Assembly (NCBI RefSeq): GCF_000284115.1
Contig: NC_017080.1
Location: 1,140,001-1,172,000 of the forward strand
Length of the DNA stretch: 32,000 nucleotides
DNA from: Phycisphaera mikurensis NBRC 102666
GTDB lineage: Bacteria; Planctomycetota; Phycisphaerae; Phycisphaerales; Phycisphaeraceae
Reading direction: 5' to 3'
The translations under genes were made by a program, and so were the position numbers. The notes under the pieces are model-generated. The model was not told the DNA's origin. It ran no database searches and worked only from the letters and a program-made list of their open reading frames with translations. Of this stretch, positions 17,930 through 26,170 are shown in pieces (the stretch's first letter is position 1; each line of letters begins with the position of its first letter).

Positions 17930-18089
17930 CGGGCCAGTCTAACTGATCTCGACGGCCGGTCTGCATTCTCGATCCGATTTTTTCGGCCTAGGAGAAACCC
18001 TGATGTAGATCGCGGCCGGGTGCCGCGGCCGGGCCCGATGACCGGCATCTCCCGTCCGGGCGGGGCCCGACGAAGCCGGCGAGGGGGTC

Positions 18090-19508
18090 TCAGCTCGGCG
18101 CGGCGTCCGCGGACCGCCGGCCGTTGCCGCCGGAAACGCCTGCGGTCCGCGGGCCCGGCTCGCCGAGCCGGCGACGCAGCAGGTCGATGTGCATCCGGAG
18201 GTTGTAGAACTCCTCCATGTACGAAAGCGGCACCTCGGTGTCGGCGGCTTCGTCGTCGAGGGCCGCGAGCCGCTCGCGGAGGCCCTCGGGGGCATGCCCC
18301 GCTTCCGCGTCGGCTTCGATCGCACGCAGCCGCGTGTACCACCGGTAGATCCGCCGCCGGAGCCGCCACCGCAGCACCGGCGGCGCTGCGCGGGCGAGCG
18401 GGATCAAGAGCGTGAGCAGCGGGAGCAGCAGGATCGCCAGCCGGTCCAGCGCACTCGCGAGGCCGAAGGGCAGGTGCCGGTAGAGCGCGCTGGGCCCGCG
18501 TTCGAAGAAGTGCCGGGCCTCGTCGGCGATCGGCAGCGGCGCGTGCAGCAGCGTGGGGAAGGTGCCGGCGTCGGCGAGCAGATCGGGCGTCGCGTCCTCG
18601 CGGGCGGCCTGGACGAGCAGCTGCACGATCGCGCGGTGCGTGTCGTCGCGGACCGCGAAGAAGGTCGCGGCGGCGACGGTCTCGACGTCGGCGGCGGGCA
18701 GGTCACGCGACGGATCGACGACGCCGCGGAGCAGCGTGACGGCGGCGAGCGCCGCGTCGCGGCGGGCGAGGGCTCCCGCCTGGGGGAGGCTGGCCACGAC
18801 GAGGCCCGGATCGGCGAGCACGGCCGCGACCCGGGGGGCTTCGGGGGCGAGCACGAGGAAGGCGGCGTCTGCGTCGTCGGAGCGCAGGAGGCCGAGCGCC
18901 GCGTCGCCGCCAACCCGGAGGCGGGGCGTGGCCTCGGCGCCCTCCCGGAGCAGGCCGGCGAGGATCCGCCGGGCCAGCGGCTCGGTCCCGCTGCCGGCTC
19001 CGCCCACCGCCACGCGGGCGTCCTCGGCCAGGCCGGCGGCGGCCGGGAGCGGCACCGGCACCACCGGTGCGTCGCCTTGGCGGCGCAGCACCAGCAGCAC
19101 GGGCTCGAAGCCGACGGTGACGACGGCTTGCAGCGTCTCCGCTCCTCCGGCTTCGGCGAAGCCGCCGCCCTGCAGCAACGCGGCGTCGACCTCGCCACGC
19201 CGGAGCAGATCCGCGTTCCGGGCGGAGCCCGAGGTCGCCCGGAGCTCCACCTCGATCCCCCGGCGCGCGAGCGAGGCCGCCGCCCGCTCCGCGATCTGCC
19301 GGTACGCCCCGCCGTCGGGCCCCGTCGCGATCCGCACCACCGCCGGCGGCGCCGGCTCGACGAACGACCACGCGACCGCGAAGCCGATGGCCGCGAGCAG
19401 CACCACCGGCCCCCAGACCTTCACCGCCTCACGCGTCGCGCTGCGGCTTGGCTTCCGCGGCGGGAGGGCATCGGCACCGGGCGGCGTGGCGTGCGGGCGT
19501 GTCATCAT
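18090..19508 (-). CDS. TAXI-family (TRAP-associated) solute-binding protein with N- and C-terminal TM helices and a cytoplasmic tail
   Basis: I trimmed the ORF to ATGATG at 19508; the longer track ORF would overlap the tRNA. N-terminal TM WGPVVLLAAIGFAVAWSF. TAXI blocks: VRIATGPDGGAYRQIAERAAASL, SGSARNADLLRRGEVDAALLQGG, VAVGGAGSGTEPLARRIL. Then a second TM LAILLLPLLTLLIPL and a basic, helical tail LRWRLRRRIYRWYTRLRAIEADAEAG... Confidence 0.7.
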   Translation of the reverse strand: MMTRPHATPPGADALPPRKPSRSATREAVKVWGPVVLLAAIGFAVAWSFVEPAPPAVVRIATGPDGGAYRQIAERAAASLARRGIEVELRATSGSARNADLLRRGEVDAALLQGGGFAEAGGAETLQAVVTVGFEPVLLVLRRQGDAPVVPVPLPAAAGLAEDARVAVGGAGSGTEPLARRILAGLLREGAEATPRLRVGGDAALGLLRSDDADAAFLVLAPEAPRVAAVLADPGLVVASLPQAGALARRDAALAAVTLLRGVVDPSRDLPAADVETVAAATFFAVRDDTHRAIVQLLVQAAREDATPDLLADAGTFPTLLHAPLPIADEARHFFERGPSALYRHLPFGLASALDRLAILLLPLLTLLIPLARAAPPVLRWRLRRRIYRWYTRLRAIEADAEAGHAPEGLRERLAALDDEAADTEVPLSYMEEFYNLRMHIDLLRRRLGEPGPRTAGVSGGNGRRSADAAPS

Positions 19509-19589
19509 CGAGAGCCTGTGGTCATCGGCCCGTGCCCGATCGGGCCGCGATCGCCGGCACCCCACGCCGCGGATCGCCCTCCGCAGGAG

Positions 19590-19662
19590 AGCCACCGGTC
19601 GGATCCGAACCGACGACCGTCGCTTTACAAAAGCGGTGCTCTACCAACTGAGCTACGGTGGC
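19590..19662 (-). tRNA. tRNA-Thr (anticodon UGU)
   Basis: Hand-folded cloverleaf from the reverse complement GCCACCG-TA-GCTC-AGTTGGTA-GAGC-A-CCGCT-TTTGTAA-AGCGA-CGGTC-GTCGG-TTCGGAT-CCGAC-CGGTGGC-T. The acceptor stem is 7 bp and the T-arm is perfect. There is one C/A mismatch at the top of the anticodon stem. CCA is not encoded. Confidence 0.9.
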
Positions 19663-19895
19663 GTGAGGGGAGAATACGGGCAATCCGCCGCACGGCGGCT
19701 GCGCCATCCGGGACGGCCGCAGGCCGCGTCCGCGGAAGCAGCACCCAAGATCTCCCCCTCCAGCGCCCGTCTGTCTCGCCCACCCGGATTTCCGTGCAAA
19801 AGTGCCGGTGATGGGCCCACGCCGACGCGCTGAGTCGGCACCGCCCGCTCGGAGCCCCCCACGAGCAAAAAGACCAAGCGAAGCGGAACCCGGAT

Positions 19896-19968
19896 AGCCA
19901 CCGACTGGGTTCGAACCAGCGACCTGTTCGTTACGAATGAACTGCTCTACCAACTGAGCTACGGTGGC
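19896..19968 (-). tRNA. tRNA-Thr (anticodon CGU)
   Basis: Reverse complement GCCACCG-TA-GCTC-AGTTGGTA-GAGC-A-GTTCA-TTCGTAA-CGAAC-AGGTC-GCTGG-TTCGAAC-CCAGT-CGGTGGC-T. The first 26 nt and the acceptor stem are identical to the UGU isoacceptor. CCA is not encoded. Confidence 0.9.
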
Positions 19969-19998
19969 ACGGCGCCGGGAGCGGGCCGGCGGAACGAG

Positions 19999-20027
19999 AG
20001 TGTAAGCGGCGGACCCGGTCCTGTCTC
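19999..20027 (-). promoter_or_regulatory. Candidate promoter for tRNA-Thr(CGU): GAGACA, 17 nt, TACACT (minus strand)
   Basis: On the minus strand GAGACA (20027-20022) and TACACT (20004-19999) sit about 30 nt upstream of the mature tRNA 5' end. This is a pattern match only. Confidence 0.25.
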
Positions 20028-20090
20028 GCGGGGCCGGCCGCGATGCCCCCGCGTCTCCCGCGTCTCCGGCACCCGGGCCATAATCGCGGC

Positions 20091-23000
20091 ATGCAGCGCC
20101 ACGCCCGAACCGGCAGGACGATCCCCGTTCTGTTCCTCGCTTCCGCCTTCCTCGCCTCCGGTTGCTCCGTGCCCGCCCCGGCGGACGGGCCCGCGCCCGA
20201 AGCCCCGGCCGATGGTGGCCGCGCCACGCCCATGAGCTCGGCGCCCTCCACCCCCGCCCCGACCCCCGCGCCCGCTCCGGGCGTTCCCGAGATGAAGCAG
20301 ACGACCTCCACCCGCGACCCCGCCCTCACCCCCGCCGACCGCGACGCGCCGGAGCTGCCCGCCGCCGCGGAGACGGCCGACCGCGTGGTCCGCGTGCTGC
20401 CCAACCGCATGGTCGTCGTGGTGCAGAAGGTCTCGACGGCGCCCGTGGTCTCCGCGCAGGTCTGGGTCAAGACCGGCTCGCTCTACGAGCAGGAGCATGT
20501 GGGCGCCGGGCTGTCGCACTTCCTCGAGCACCTGCTCTCGGGTGGGACGACGAGCACGCGGCCCGAGGCCGACAGCAACGCCGAGCTCGGCCGCATGGGG
20601 GCCCAGACCAACGCCGCCACCTCGCTGGACACGGTGCGCTACTACATCAACACCACGGCGGACGAAGCCCCCGCGGCCATCGACCTGCTCAGCGACTGGA
20701 TGCAGAGCAACCTGGTGCTCGAGAGCGAGTACACCCGCGAGCGCGAGGTGATCCAGCGGGAGTTCTCGATGGGCGACGGCGACCCCAACCGCATCCTCTG
20801 GAAGCTCACCCAGCAGGCCCGCTTCGCCGCGACGCCCGACCACCCCGGCATCCACCCGACGATCGGCTACCTCGACGAGTTCCTGTCGATCAGCCGCGAC
20901 GAGCTCGAGGCGTTCTACAAGCGGATGTACGTGCCCAACAACATGGTCTTCGTCGTCGCCGGCGACGTCGACCCCGCGGCGACGGCGGACCGGATCGCCT
21001 CGCTCTGGGGCGACGTGCCCGCCGCCGGCCTCCCGACGCTCGCCTTCCCGGTGGAGCCCGACGAAGCCGAGCCGACCGACGTCACCGGGTACGCCGCCGT
21101 CGCCCGGCCGAAGGTGCGGATGTTCTGGCGGGGCGTCCGGCTCGCCAGCGAGCACGACTACGCCCTCGACCTCGCGGCGTCGGTGCTGGGCTCGGGTGAC
21201 GCCAGCCGGCTGGTGAAGAAGCTGCGCGACGAGCGGCAGCTGGTGACCTCGATCGACGCGTACAACTATTCCACCGCCTGGGGCCGGGGCTTCTTCGGCG
21301 TCGACTTCGAGCCCGCGGAGGGTGCCGACCTCGGCGAGGTGAAGGAGGCGGTGCTCGCGGAGGTCGACGCGTTGCGGGCGGGCACGATCCCGGTCACCGA
21401 CGCCGAGCTGGCCCGAGCGAAGCGGAAGGTGCTCGTGAGCGTGGCGGCGGCGGGCCAGTCGGCCGACGCGCTGGCCGGCCGCATCGCCTCCGACGTCATC
21501 AGCCTCGGCGATCCCGACCACCTGCGTCGTTACGGCGAGGCGATCCAATCGGTGCGCCCCGCCGCGCTGGCGGCCGCCGCTGGCGCGGTGCTTCCGCCGG
21601 CCGGCGTCTCGACCGTGACGCTGCTTCCCGCCGACGAGGAGAACCCCGTCAGCACCTTCGGCCGCCTCGCCGCGTCGTCCGGGCACGCGGAGCCGAGGGA
21701 GGAAGCCTTCGACCTCGACAACGCCCGCGTGGTGTCCGAGCTCGCGGGAACGCTGGCCGCCGATGCCGGCGAGCGCGAGCCGGTCACGCTCGGGGAGCAG
21801 CAGACACGCACGCTCTCCAACGGCCTGACCGTCATCGCCCGCCGCAACACGCTGGTGCCGGTGGTGTCGATGCAGCTGTTCACCCTCGGCGGGCTGCTCG
21901 CCGACGAGCCCGGCCGCGAGGGCGTGGGCAACGCCGCTTGGTCCATGCTCGACCGCGGGGCGGCGGGCCGGTCGGCCGAGCAGATCGCCGAGTTCCTCGA
22001 GGACCGCGGCGCCTCGCTCGCCACCGCCTCGGGCAACAACACCGACTACGTCACCGCCCGCGCGCTGGCCGAGGACTGGAAGCCGGTGATGGAGACGATG
22101 GCCGACGTCGCGCTGCGGCCGGACTTCCCCGCCGACCAGTGGGACAAGGTCAGGCCCCGCCTGCTCGCCGCGATCGACCGGCAGACCGACAGCTGGCACG
22201 GCGAGCTGCGGGACCGCTTCCGCCACGCCTACTACGGCGACCACCCGTGGAGCGAGACGCCGCGGGGCGTGGCCGAGGTCGTCGAGGGCCTGACCGTGGA
22301 GGCGCTCGCCGCCGAGCACGCCGCCCGCCTGGACCCGGCCCGCAGCGTGCTCTCGGTGGTCGGCGACGCGGAGCCCGATGCGGTGTTCGCCGAGGCCGAG
22401 CGTCTCTTCGGCGGGTTCGCCTCGACCTCCGGCACCGCGTTCGACCCGCCCGATCCCGGCCCGGCACCCTCCGGGCTGGAGGTCTTCGAGACCGACAAGC
22501 CGGTGACGGCGGTGCAGATCGGTTACGGCCCGGGCATCACGCGCGACGATCCCGACTACGCCGCGATGCAGGTGCTCACCCGCCTGCTGTCCAGCTTCCC
22601 GTCGGGCCGGCTGGAGCAGGCGCTCCGCGGCGAGGGCCCGGGCCTCGTCTACGCCAGTCAGGCCGGCAACGTCGTCGGCGTCGTGCCCGGCTTCTTCGCC
22701 GTGCTCTTCAACACCTCCGCCGACACCGCGGTGGAGGCGACGAGCCGGGCCGCCGCCGTCGTCGAGAACGCCCGCGCCTCGCTCGCCAGCGACGACGAGC
22801 TCGCCCGGGCGAAGGCCCGCGTGCTCGCCGACGAGGCGTTCGGGCAGCAGAGCAACGCGCAGCTCGCGGCGGGCGCCGCGCTCGACAAGCTGTACCGGGT
22901 GTCGGACCCGGACGGCTCGAAGCTCCGCGCCGCGGTGGAGGCGCTGACGCCCGAGGACCTGCGCGACGTGGCACAGCGTCGACTCGGCAGCGCCTTCGCC

Positions 23001-23135
23001 GCGGTGCTCACGCAAGATCCGGTGGACGGAGCCGCGCTGCGGGCGGCGCTGGGCGTCGCCGCGGCTGCGACCGGCTCGGCCGTCCCGCCGCAGCCGATGG
23101 GCGCGCCGGAGCCGGCGCCGGTCTTCGAGAAGTGA
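20091..23135 (+). CDS. Tandem M16 (pitrilysin/insulinase-family) zinc peptidase, predicted lipoprotein
   Basis: HxxEH zinc motif in GAGLSHFLEHLLSGG in the first half. The second half (TLSNGLTVIARRNTLVPVVSMQLF...) is M16-like but lacks HxxEH, so it is a non-catalytic partner domain. Starting at the ATG at 20091 gives MQRHARTGRTIPVLFLASAFLASGC with a lipobox (LASG|C). The track start at 20043 is also possible. Confidence 0.85.
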   Translation: MQRHARTGRTIPVLFLASAFLASGCSVPAPADGPAPEAPADGGRATPMSSAPSTPAPTPAPAPGVPEMKQTTSTRDPALTPADRDAPELPAAAETADRVVRVLPNRMVVVVQKVSTAPVVSAQVWVKTGSLYEQEHVGAGLSHFLEHLLSGGTTSTRPEADSNAELGRMGAQTNAATSLDTVRYYINTTADEAPAAIDLLSDWMQSNLVLESEYTREREVIQREFSMGDGDPNRILWKLTQQARFAATPDHPGIHPTIGYLDEFLSISRDELEAFYKRMYVPNNMVFVVAGDVDPAATADRIASLWGDVPAAGLPTLAFPVEPDEAEPTDVTGYAAVARPKVRMFWRGVRLASEHDYALDLAASVLGSGDASRLVKKLRDERQLVTSIDAYNYSTAWGRGFFGVDFEPAEGADLGEVKEAVLAEVDALRAGTIPVTDAELARAKRKVLVSVAAAGQSADALAGRIASDVISLGDPDHLRRYGEAIQSVRPAALAAAAGAVLPPAGVSTVTLLPADEENPVSTFGRLAASSGHAEPREEAFDLDNARVVSELAGTLAADAGEREPVTLGEQQTRTLSNGLTVIARRNTLVPVVSMQLFTLGGLLADEPGREGVGNAAWSMLDRGAAGRSAEQIAEFLEDRGASLATASGNNTDYVTARALAEDWKPVMETMADVALRPDFPADQWDKVRPRLLAAIDRQTDSWHGELRDRFRHAYYGDHPWSETPRGVAEVVEGLTVEALAAEHAARLDPARSVLSVVGDAEPDAVFAEAERLFGGFASTSGTAFDPPDPGPAPSGLEVFETDKPVTAVQIGYGPGITRDDPDYAAMQVLTRLLSSFPSGRLEQALRGEGPGLVYASQAGNVVGVVPGFFAVLFNTSADTAVEATSRAAAVVENARASLASDDELARAKARVLADEAFGQQSNAQLAAGAALDKLYRVSDPDGSKLRAAVEALTPEDLRDVAQRRLGSAFAAVLTQDPVDGAALRAALGVAAAATGSAVPPQPMGAPEPAPVFEK

Positions 23136-23421
23136 TCCCACGCTCCGGTTTGCCACGGCTGCCGGAACGGCTCCGGGACCGCGGGACCGCGGCACGGAGG
23201 CGGGCCGGGTGCGTCGGGCGGATCGAGCACGGCGCGGCAGGGACGTGGCGCCACGCACGCCGCGGCCGCCGACGCCGTGATCGAGATCGGGGTGGTGATC
23301 GTGTCCGACGACCGAGGGCCTTGGGTTTCCGTCCGCATCATCCGCACGGTCGACCGCACGCCGACCCCGGATCCCGCGGACCGCCGGGCGGACGCGTCGG
23401 GAGGGCCGACGGTCCGCGGGT

Positions 23422-24207
23422 TCAGCTCGAAGCCGATGTGTACGACCGCAGCGCGAAGCCCCAGAACCACCGGCTGAACGCGAGCAGGCCGCAGGCCACC
23501 AGCGCCGAGCCGAGCAGCCAGCCCCACGAAGGCCCGCGGGCGAGGGTGGCGGCGGGCACGGTCGTCATGAAGGCAGCGGGCACGACGAAGGTGAACACGA
23601 AGCGGTAGCCGGGCGTGTACGCCGACACCGGGAAGCGGCCGCTCTCGAGCAGGGCTTGCATCGCGATGGTGATGTTGTCGGTCTTGGTGAACCAGATGGT
23701 GCAGGTCGCCAGCACGAAGCCCAGCGCGTAGAGGATCGCCACCGCCAGCGCGACCGGCACGGCGGCGAGGGCGAAGTCGCTGATCGTCGCGGCGGGCTCG
23801 AGCCGCCGCCCCGCATACACGACCAGGCCCAGCCCCAGCGCGAGGTTGGGGAAGCCCCAAATCGAGAGCTTCCGCAACGAGAGGTGCACCTGCGCATCGA
23901 TCGGCTTGAGCAGCGCGTAGTCCAGCGTGCCCTCGCGGACCAGCTGCGTGAAGGCCGCGCGGTTGGGCCCGAGCACCGCCTGCTGCACGCCGTCGAGCAG
24001 CGTGTACACCGCGACCACGAGCATCGCTTCGGGCCAGCTCCAGCCGCCGAGCTCGTGCCCGTTCTGGTAGAGCACGCCCAGCGTGAACAGCGAACCGGCG
24101 ACGCCGAGCAGCGAGGCGACCGCCGACAAGACGAAGTTCGCGCGGTACTCCGCCTCGCTGGCGAGGGCGGAGGACCAGTAGCGGGCAAGGGTGGAGAGGG
24201 TCGACAC
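23422..24207 (-). CDS. ABC-2 family transporter permease (DUF990/ABC2_membrane_6-like), subunit B
   Basis: 261-aa polytopic membrane protein with a GTG start at 24207 and six hydrophobic segments. It is the last gene of a three-gene ATPase plus two-permease arrangement typical of this family. Confidence 0.7.
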   Translation of the reverse strand: MSTLSTLARYWSSALASEAEYRANFVLSAVASLLGVAGSLFTLGVLYQNGHELGGWSWPEAMLVVAVYTLLDGVQQAVLGPNRAAFTQLVREGTLDYALLKPIDAQVHLSLRKLSIWGFPNLALGLGLVVYAGRRLEPAATISDFALAAVPVALAVAILYALGFVLATCTIWFTKTDNITIAMQALLESGRFPVSAYTPGYRFVFTFVVPAAFMTTVPAATLARGPSWGWLLGSALVACGLLAFSRWFWGFALRSYTSASS

Positions 24208-24230
24208 GGGAACGAGAGCGAAGGAGCGGG

Positions 24231-24282
24231 GAAGCGAAGAAGCGAAGAAGCGAAGAGGCGAAAAAGCGAAGAAGCGAAGAAG
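24231..24282. repeat. Octanucleotide tandem repeat (GAAGCGAA)n, 6 copies plus a partial copy
   Basis: Read directly: GAAGCGAA x3, GAGGCGAA, AAAGCGAA, GAAGCGAA, then GAAG. It lies in the 110-bp spacer between the two permease genes. In mRNA sense (minus strand) it reads (UUCGCUUC)n, a pure CU/G-poor tract ending 23 nt before the GTG start at 24207. Confidence 0.9.
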
Positions 24283-24317
24283 TCAGAGAGAACGGATGCG
24301 GGGCGTCCGCGTCGGTG

Positions 24318-25133
24318 TCAGGCGCCCATGGCGGAGTAGCGGCGGAGGCCGGCCCGCCACAGCACGCGGTTGAGCACGAGAAGCCCCGCGAGCCACGCCC
24401 CGATCGTTGCGAAGCCATGGATCAGCGGCGGCTGCCCGCCCGCGAGGATCGTCGCGGGGAACCAGGCCAGCCAGGGGAAGGGCGTCCACTTGAGCGCGGC
24501 GGCGACGCCGGCGGGCAGCGCCTCCAGCGGGAAGAGCAGGCCCGAGAGGAACAGGTACGGCAGGTAGGCCAGCGGCTCGAAGGCCAAGACCCGCTCGAAC
24601 CAGAACGCGAGCATCGCCAGCGTGTACTGCAGGAGGAAGCGGAAGGCGAAGGCGGCGTAGAGGGCGACGAGGAACGCGAGCCCCTCGGCGACCGAGGGCA
24701 GCAGCCACGCCCCCGGATCGTCCGGGTCCTGCAGCGCGGCGGGGTAGAGCCACAATCCCAGCGCGAACACGGCGGCGAAGAACGGCAGCCGGGCGAGCTG
24801 CTCGCCGAGGTGCGTCGCGAGGAAGACGAAAGCCGGATCCAACGGGTGCAGCAGCTTGGGCGACAGCTTGCCGGAGAGCACGTGGTGCTCGAATTCGTAC
24901 AGCACCCAGGCCACCGTCACCTGCCGCACCACGAACACGGCGAGGAAGTAGCGGGCGGCCGAGGCCGCGGTCACATCGGGGAACGACCCGCTGGCGCCCG
25001 CCTCGATCCAGATGCCCATCATGATCAGCGGCAGCGCCGAGGCGACCATCCACAGGAAGATCTCCACGCGGTAGGTCAGCATGTAGGCGTACCACGTGGT
25101 GAGCAATGCCCAGGCGGTGCGGAGCGACGGCAC
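24318..25133 (-). CDS. ABC-2 family transporter permease (DUF990/ABC2_membrane_6-like), subunit A
   Basis: I trimmed the 338-aa track ORF, which would overlap the ATPase by 200 nt. GTG at 25133 follows the ATPase stop (25135-25137) after a single intervening nucleotide (25134). ATG at 25082 (MLTYRVEIFLWMVASALPLIMMG) is the alternative start. The protein is polytopic and hydrophobic. Confidence 0.7.
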   Translation of the reverse strand: MPSLRTAWALLTTWYAYMLTYRVEIFLWMVASALPLIMMGIWIEAGASGSFPDVTAASAARYFLAVFVVRQVTVAWVLYEFEHHVLSGKLSPKLLHPLDPAFVFLATHLGEQLARLPFFAAVFALGLWLYPAALQDPDDPGAWLLPSVAEGLAFLVALYAAFAFRFLLQYTLAMLAFWFERVLAFEPLAYLPYLFLSGLLFPLEALPAGVAAALKWTPFPWLAWFPATILAGGQPPLIHGFATIGAWLAGLLVLNRVLWRAGLRRYSAMGA

Positions 25134-25134
25134 C

Positions 25135-26151
25135 TCAGGCGTCCCCGTCCGCGGCGGCTTGCCCCGAGCCGAACAGCTTCGCGATTGTCGCCTCGATCGG
25201 CGGGTCGCCGACGGTGAGGTCGGCGATGGGCAGCTCGCGGAGCAACCCGGCCACCGCAGCCGTAAGGTCGGTCCGGTCGAGCAGCAGCCGGATCGCCCGG
25301 CCCTCGTGGTGCTCGACGGCGCCGCGATGGTCAAGCGACGCGGCTTCCTCCGCTGTCAGCTCGCGCTCCAGCTCCAGCTTCACCTCACGCCGCGGGGCGA
25401 AGGTCTCGATCACGCCGGCGAGGCTGCCCCGGTACAGCACGCTCCCGTGGTCGATGACGATCACCCGCTCGCACAGCGCGGTCACGTCGCCCATGTAGTG
25501 CGTGGTGAGCAGGGCGGCGGCGTCGTGCTGACGCACGTAGTCGCGGAGGAACCCGCGGACCGCGACCTGCGCGTTGACGTCGAGCCCCAGCGTCGGCTCG
25601 TCGAGGAAGAGCACCTTGGGGTGGTGCAGCAGCGAAGCGACCAGCTCGCACTTCATGCGCTGGCCCAGCGAGAGCTTGCGGACCGGCTGGGTCAGCTCCT
25701 CGCCGAGGCCCAGCATCTCCGCGAGAGCGGCCGTCCGCCGGCCGGCCTCCCGCGCCGGCACGCCGTACATCGCCGCGTTGATGCGCAGCGTGTCCAGCGT
25801 CGGCAGGTCCCAGATGAGCTGTTGCTTGTTGCCCATCACCAGCGTGATCTGCCGAAGCAGCGCCGCCTCCCGCCGGAACGGCCGGCACCCCAGCACCTCC
25901 ACCTCGCCCGCCGAGGGGTGGATCAGCCCGGCGAGCATCTTGATCGCGGTGGTCTTGCCCGCCCCATTGGGCCCGAGGAAGCCGACGACCTCCCCGGGCT
26001 CCACCGCCAGGTCGATCCCGCGGACCGCCTCGACGTCGCGGTGCTTCCGCTTGACGAAGTGTCGCAGCGTGCCCGCGAGGCCGGGCTGCTTGTCGGCGAC
26101 GCGGTACGTCTTGGCGAGCTTCGTGGCGGAGAGCATGGGCAAGTGCGGCAT
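25135..26151 (-). CDS. ABC transporter ATP-binding protein
   Basis: Walker A GPNGAGKTT, signature LSLGQRMK, Walker B VLFLDEPTLGLD and a C-terminal extension domain. The ATG is at 26151. Confidence 0.9.
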   Translation of the reverse strand: MPHLPMLSATKLAKTYRVADKQPGLAGTLRHFVKRKHRDVEAVRGIDLAVEPGEVVGFLGPNGAGKTTAIKMLAGLIHPSAGEVEVLGCRPFRREAALLRQITLVMGNKQQLIWDLPTLDTLRINAAMYGVPAREAGRRTAALAEMLGLGEELTQPVRKLSLGQRMKCELVASLLHHPKVLFLDEPTLGLDVNAQVAVRGFLRDYVRQHDAAALLTTHYMGDVTALCERVIVIDHGSVLYRGSLAGVIETFAPRREVKLELERELTAEEAASLDHRGAVEHHEGRAIRLLLDRTDLTAAVAGLLRELPIADLTVGDPPIEATIAKLFGSGQAAADGDA

Positions 26152-26170
26152 TGTTGCAGCGCTCTCCCGG

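Noticed and set aside
19509-20090. tRNA-Thr pair as an integration hotspot or genomic island boundary
   Set aside because: I could see no integrase, no direct repeat of a tRNA 3' end, and no compositional break by eye. The flanking genes (TAXI protein, M16 peptidase) look like ordinary chromosomal genes.
19959-23258. 1099-aa ORF antisense to the M16 peptidase, plus similar long antisense or off-frame ORFs (333-3002, 1375-2766, 2945-4540, 5408-7231, 13634-15751, 14260-15918, 22658-24418, 29013-31487, 29186-31741)
   Set aside because: These are typical high-GC shadow ORFs. They are Arg/Gly/Pro/Ala-dominated, have no motifs, and each overlaps a frame with clear family signatures.
23277-23477. 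66-aa ORF (MIEIGVVIVSDDRGPWVSVRIIRTV...) in the convergent M16 / permease spacer
   Set aside because: The first 25 residues look protein-like and third-position GC is high. However, the ORF would overlap the permease 3' end by 56 nt, decays into Arg/Pro-rich sequence and has no recognisable motif. There is not enough evidence to call it. It is worth a Ribo-seq look only.
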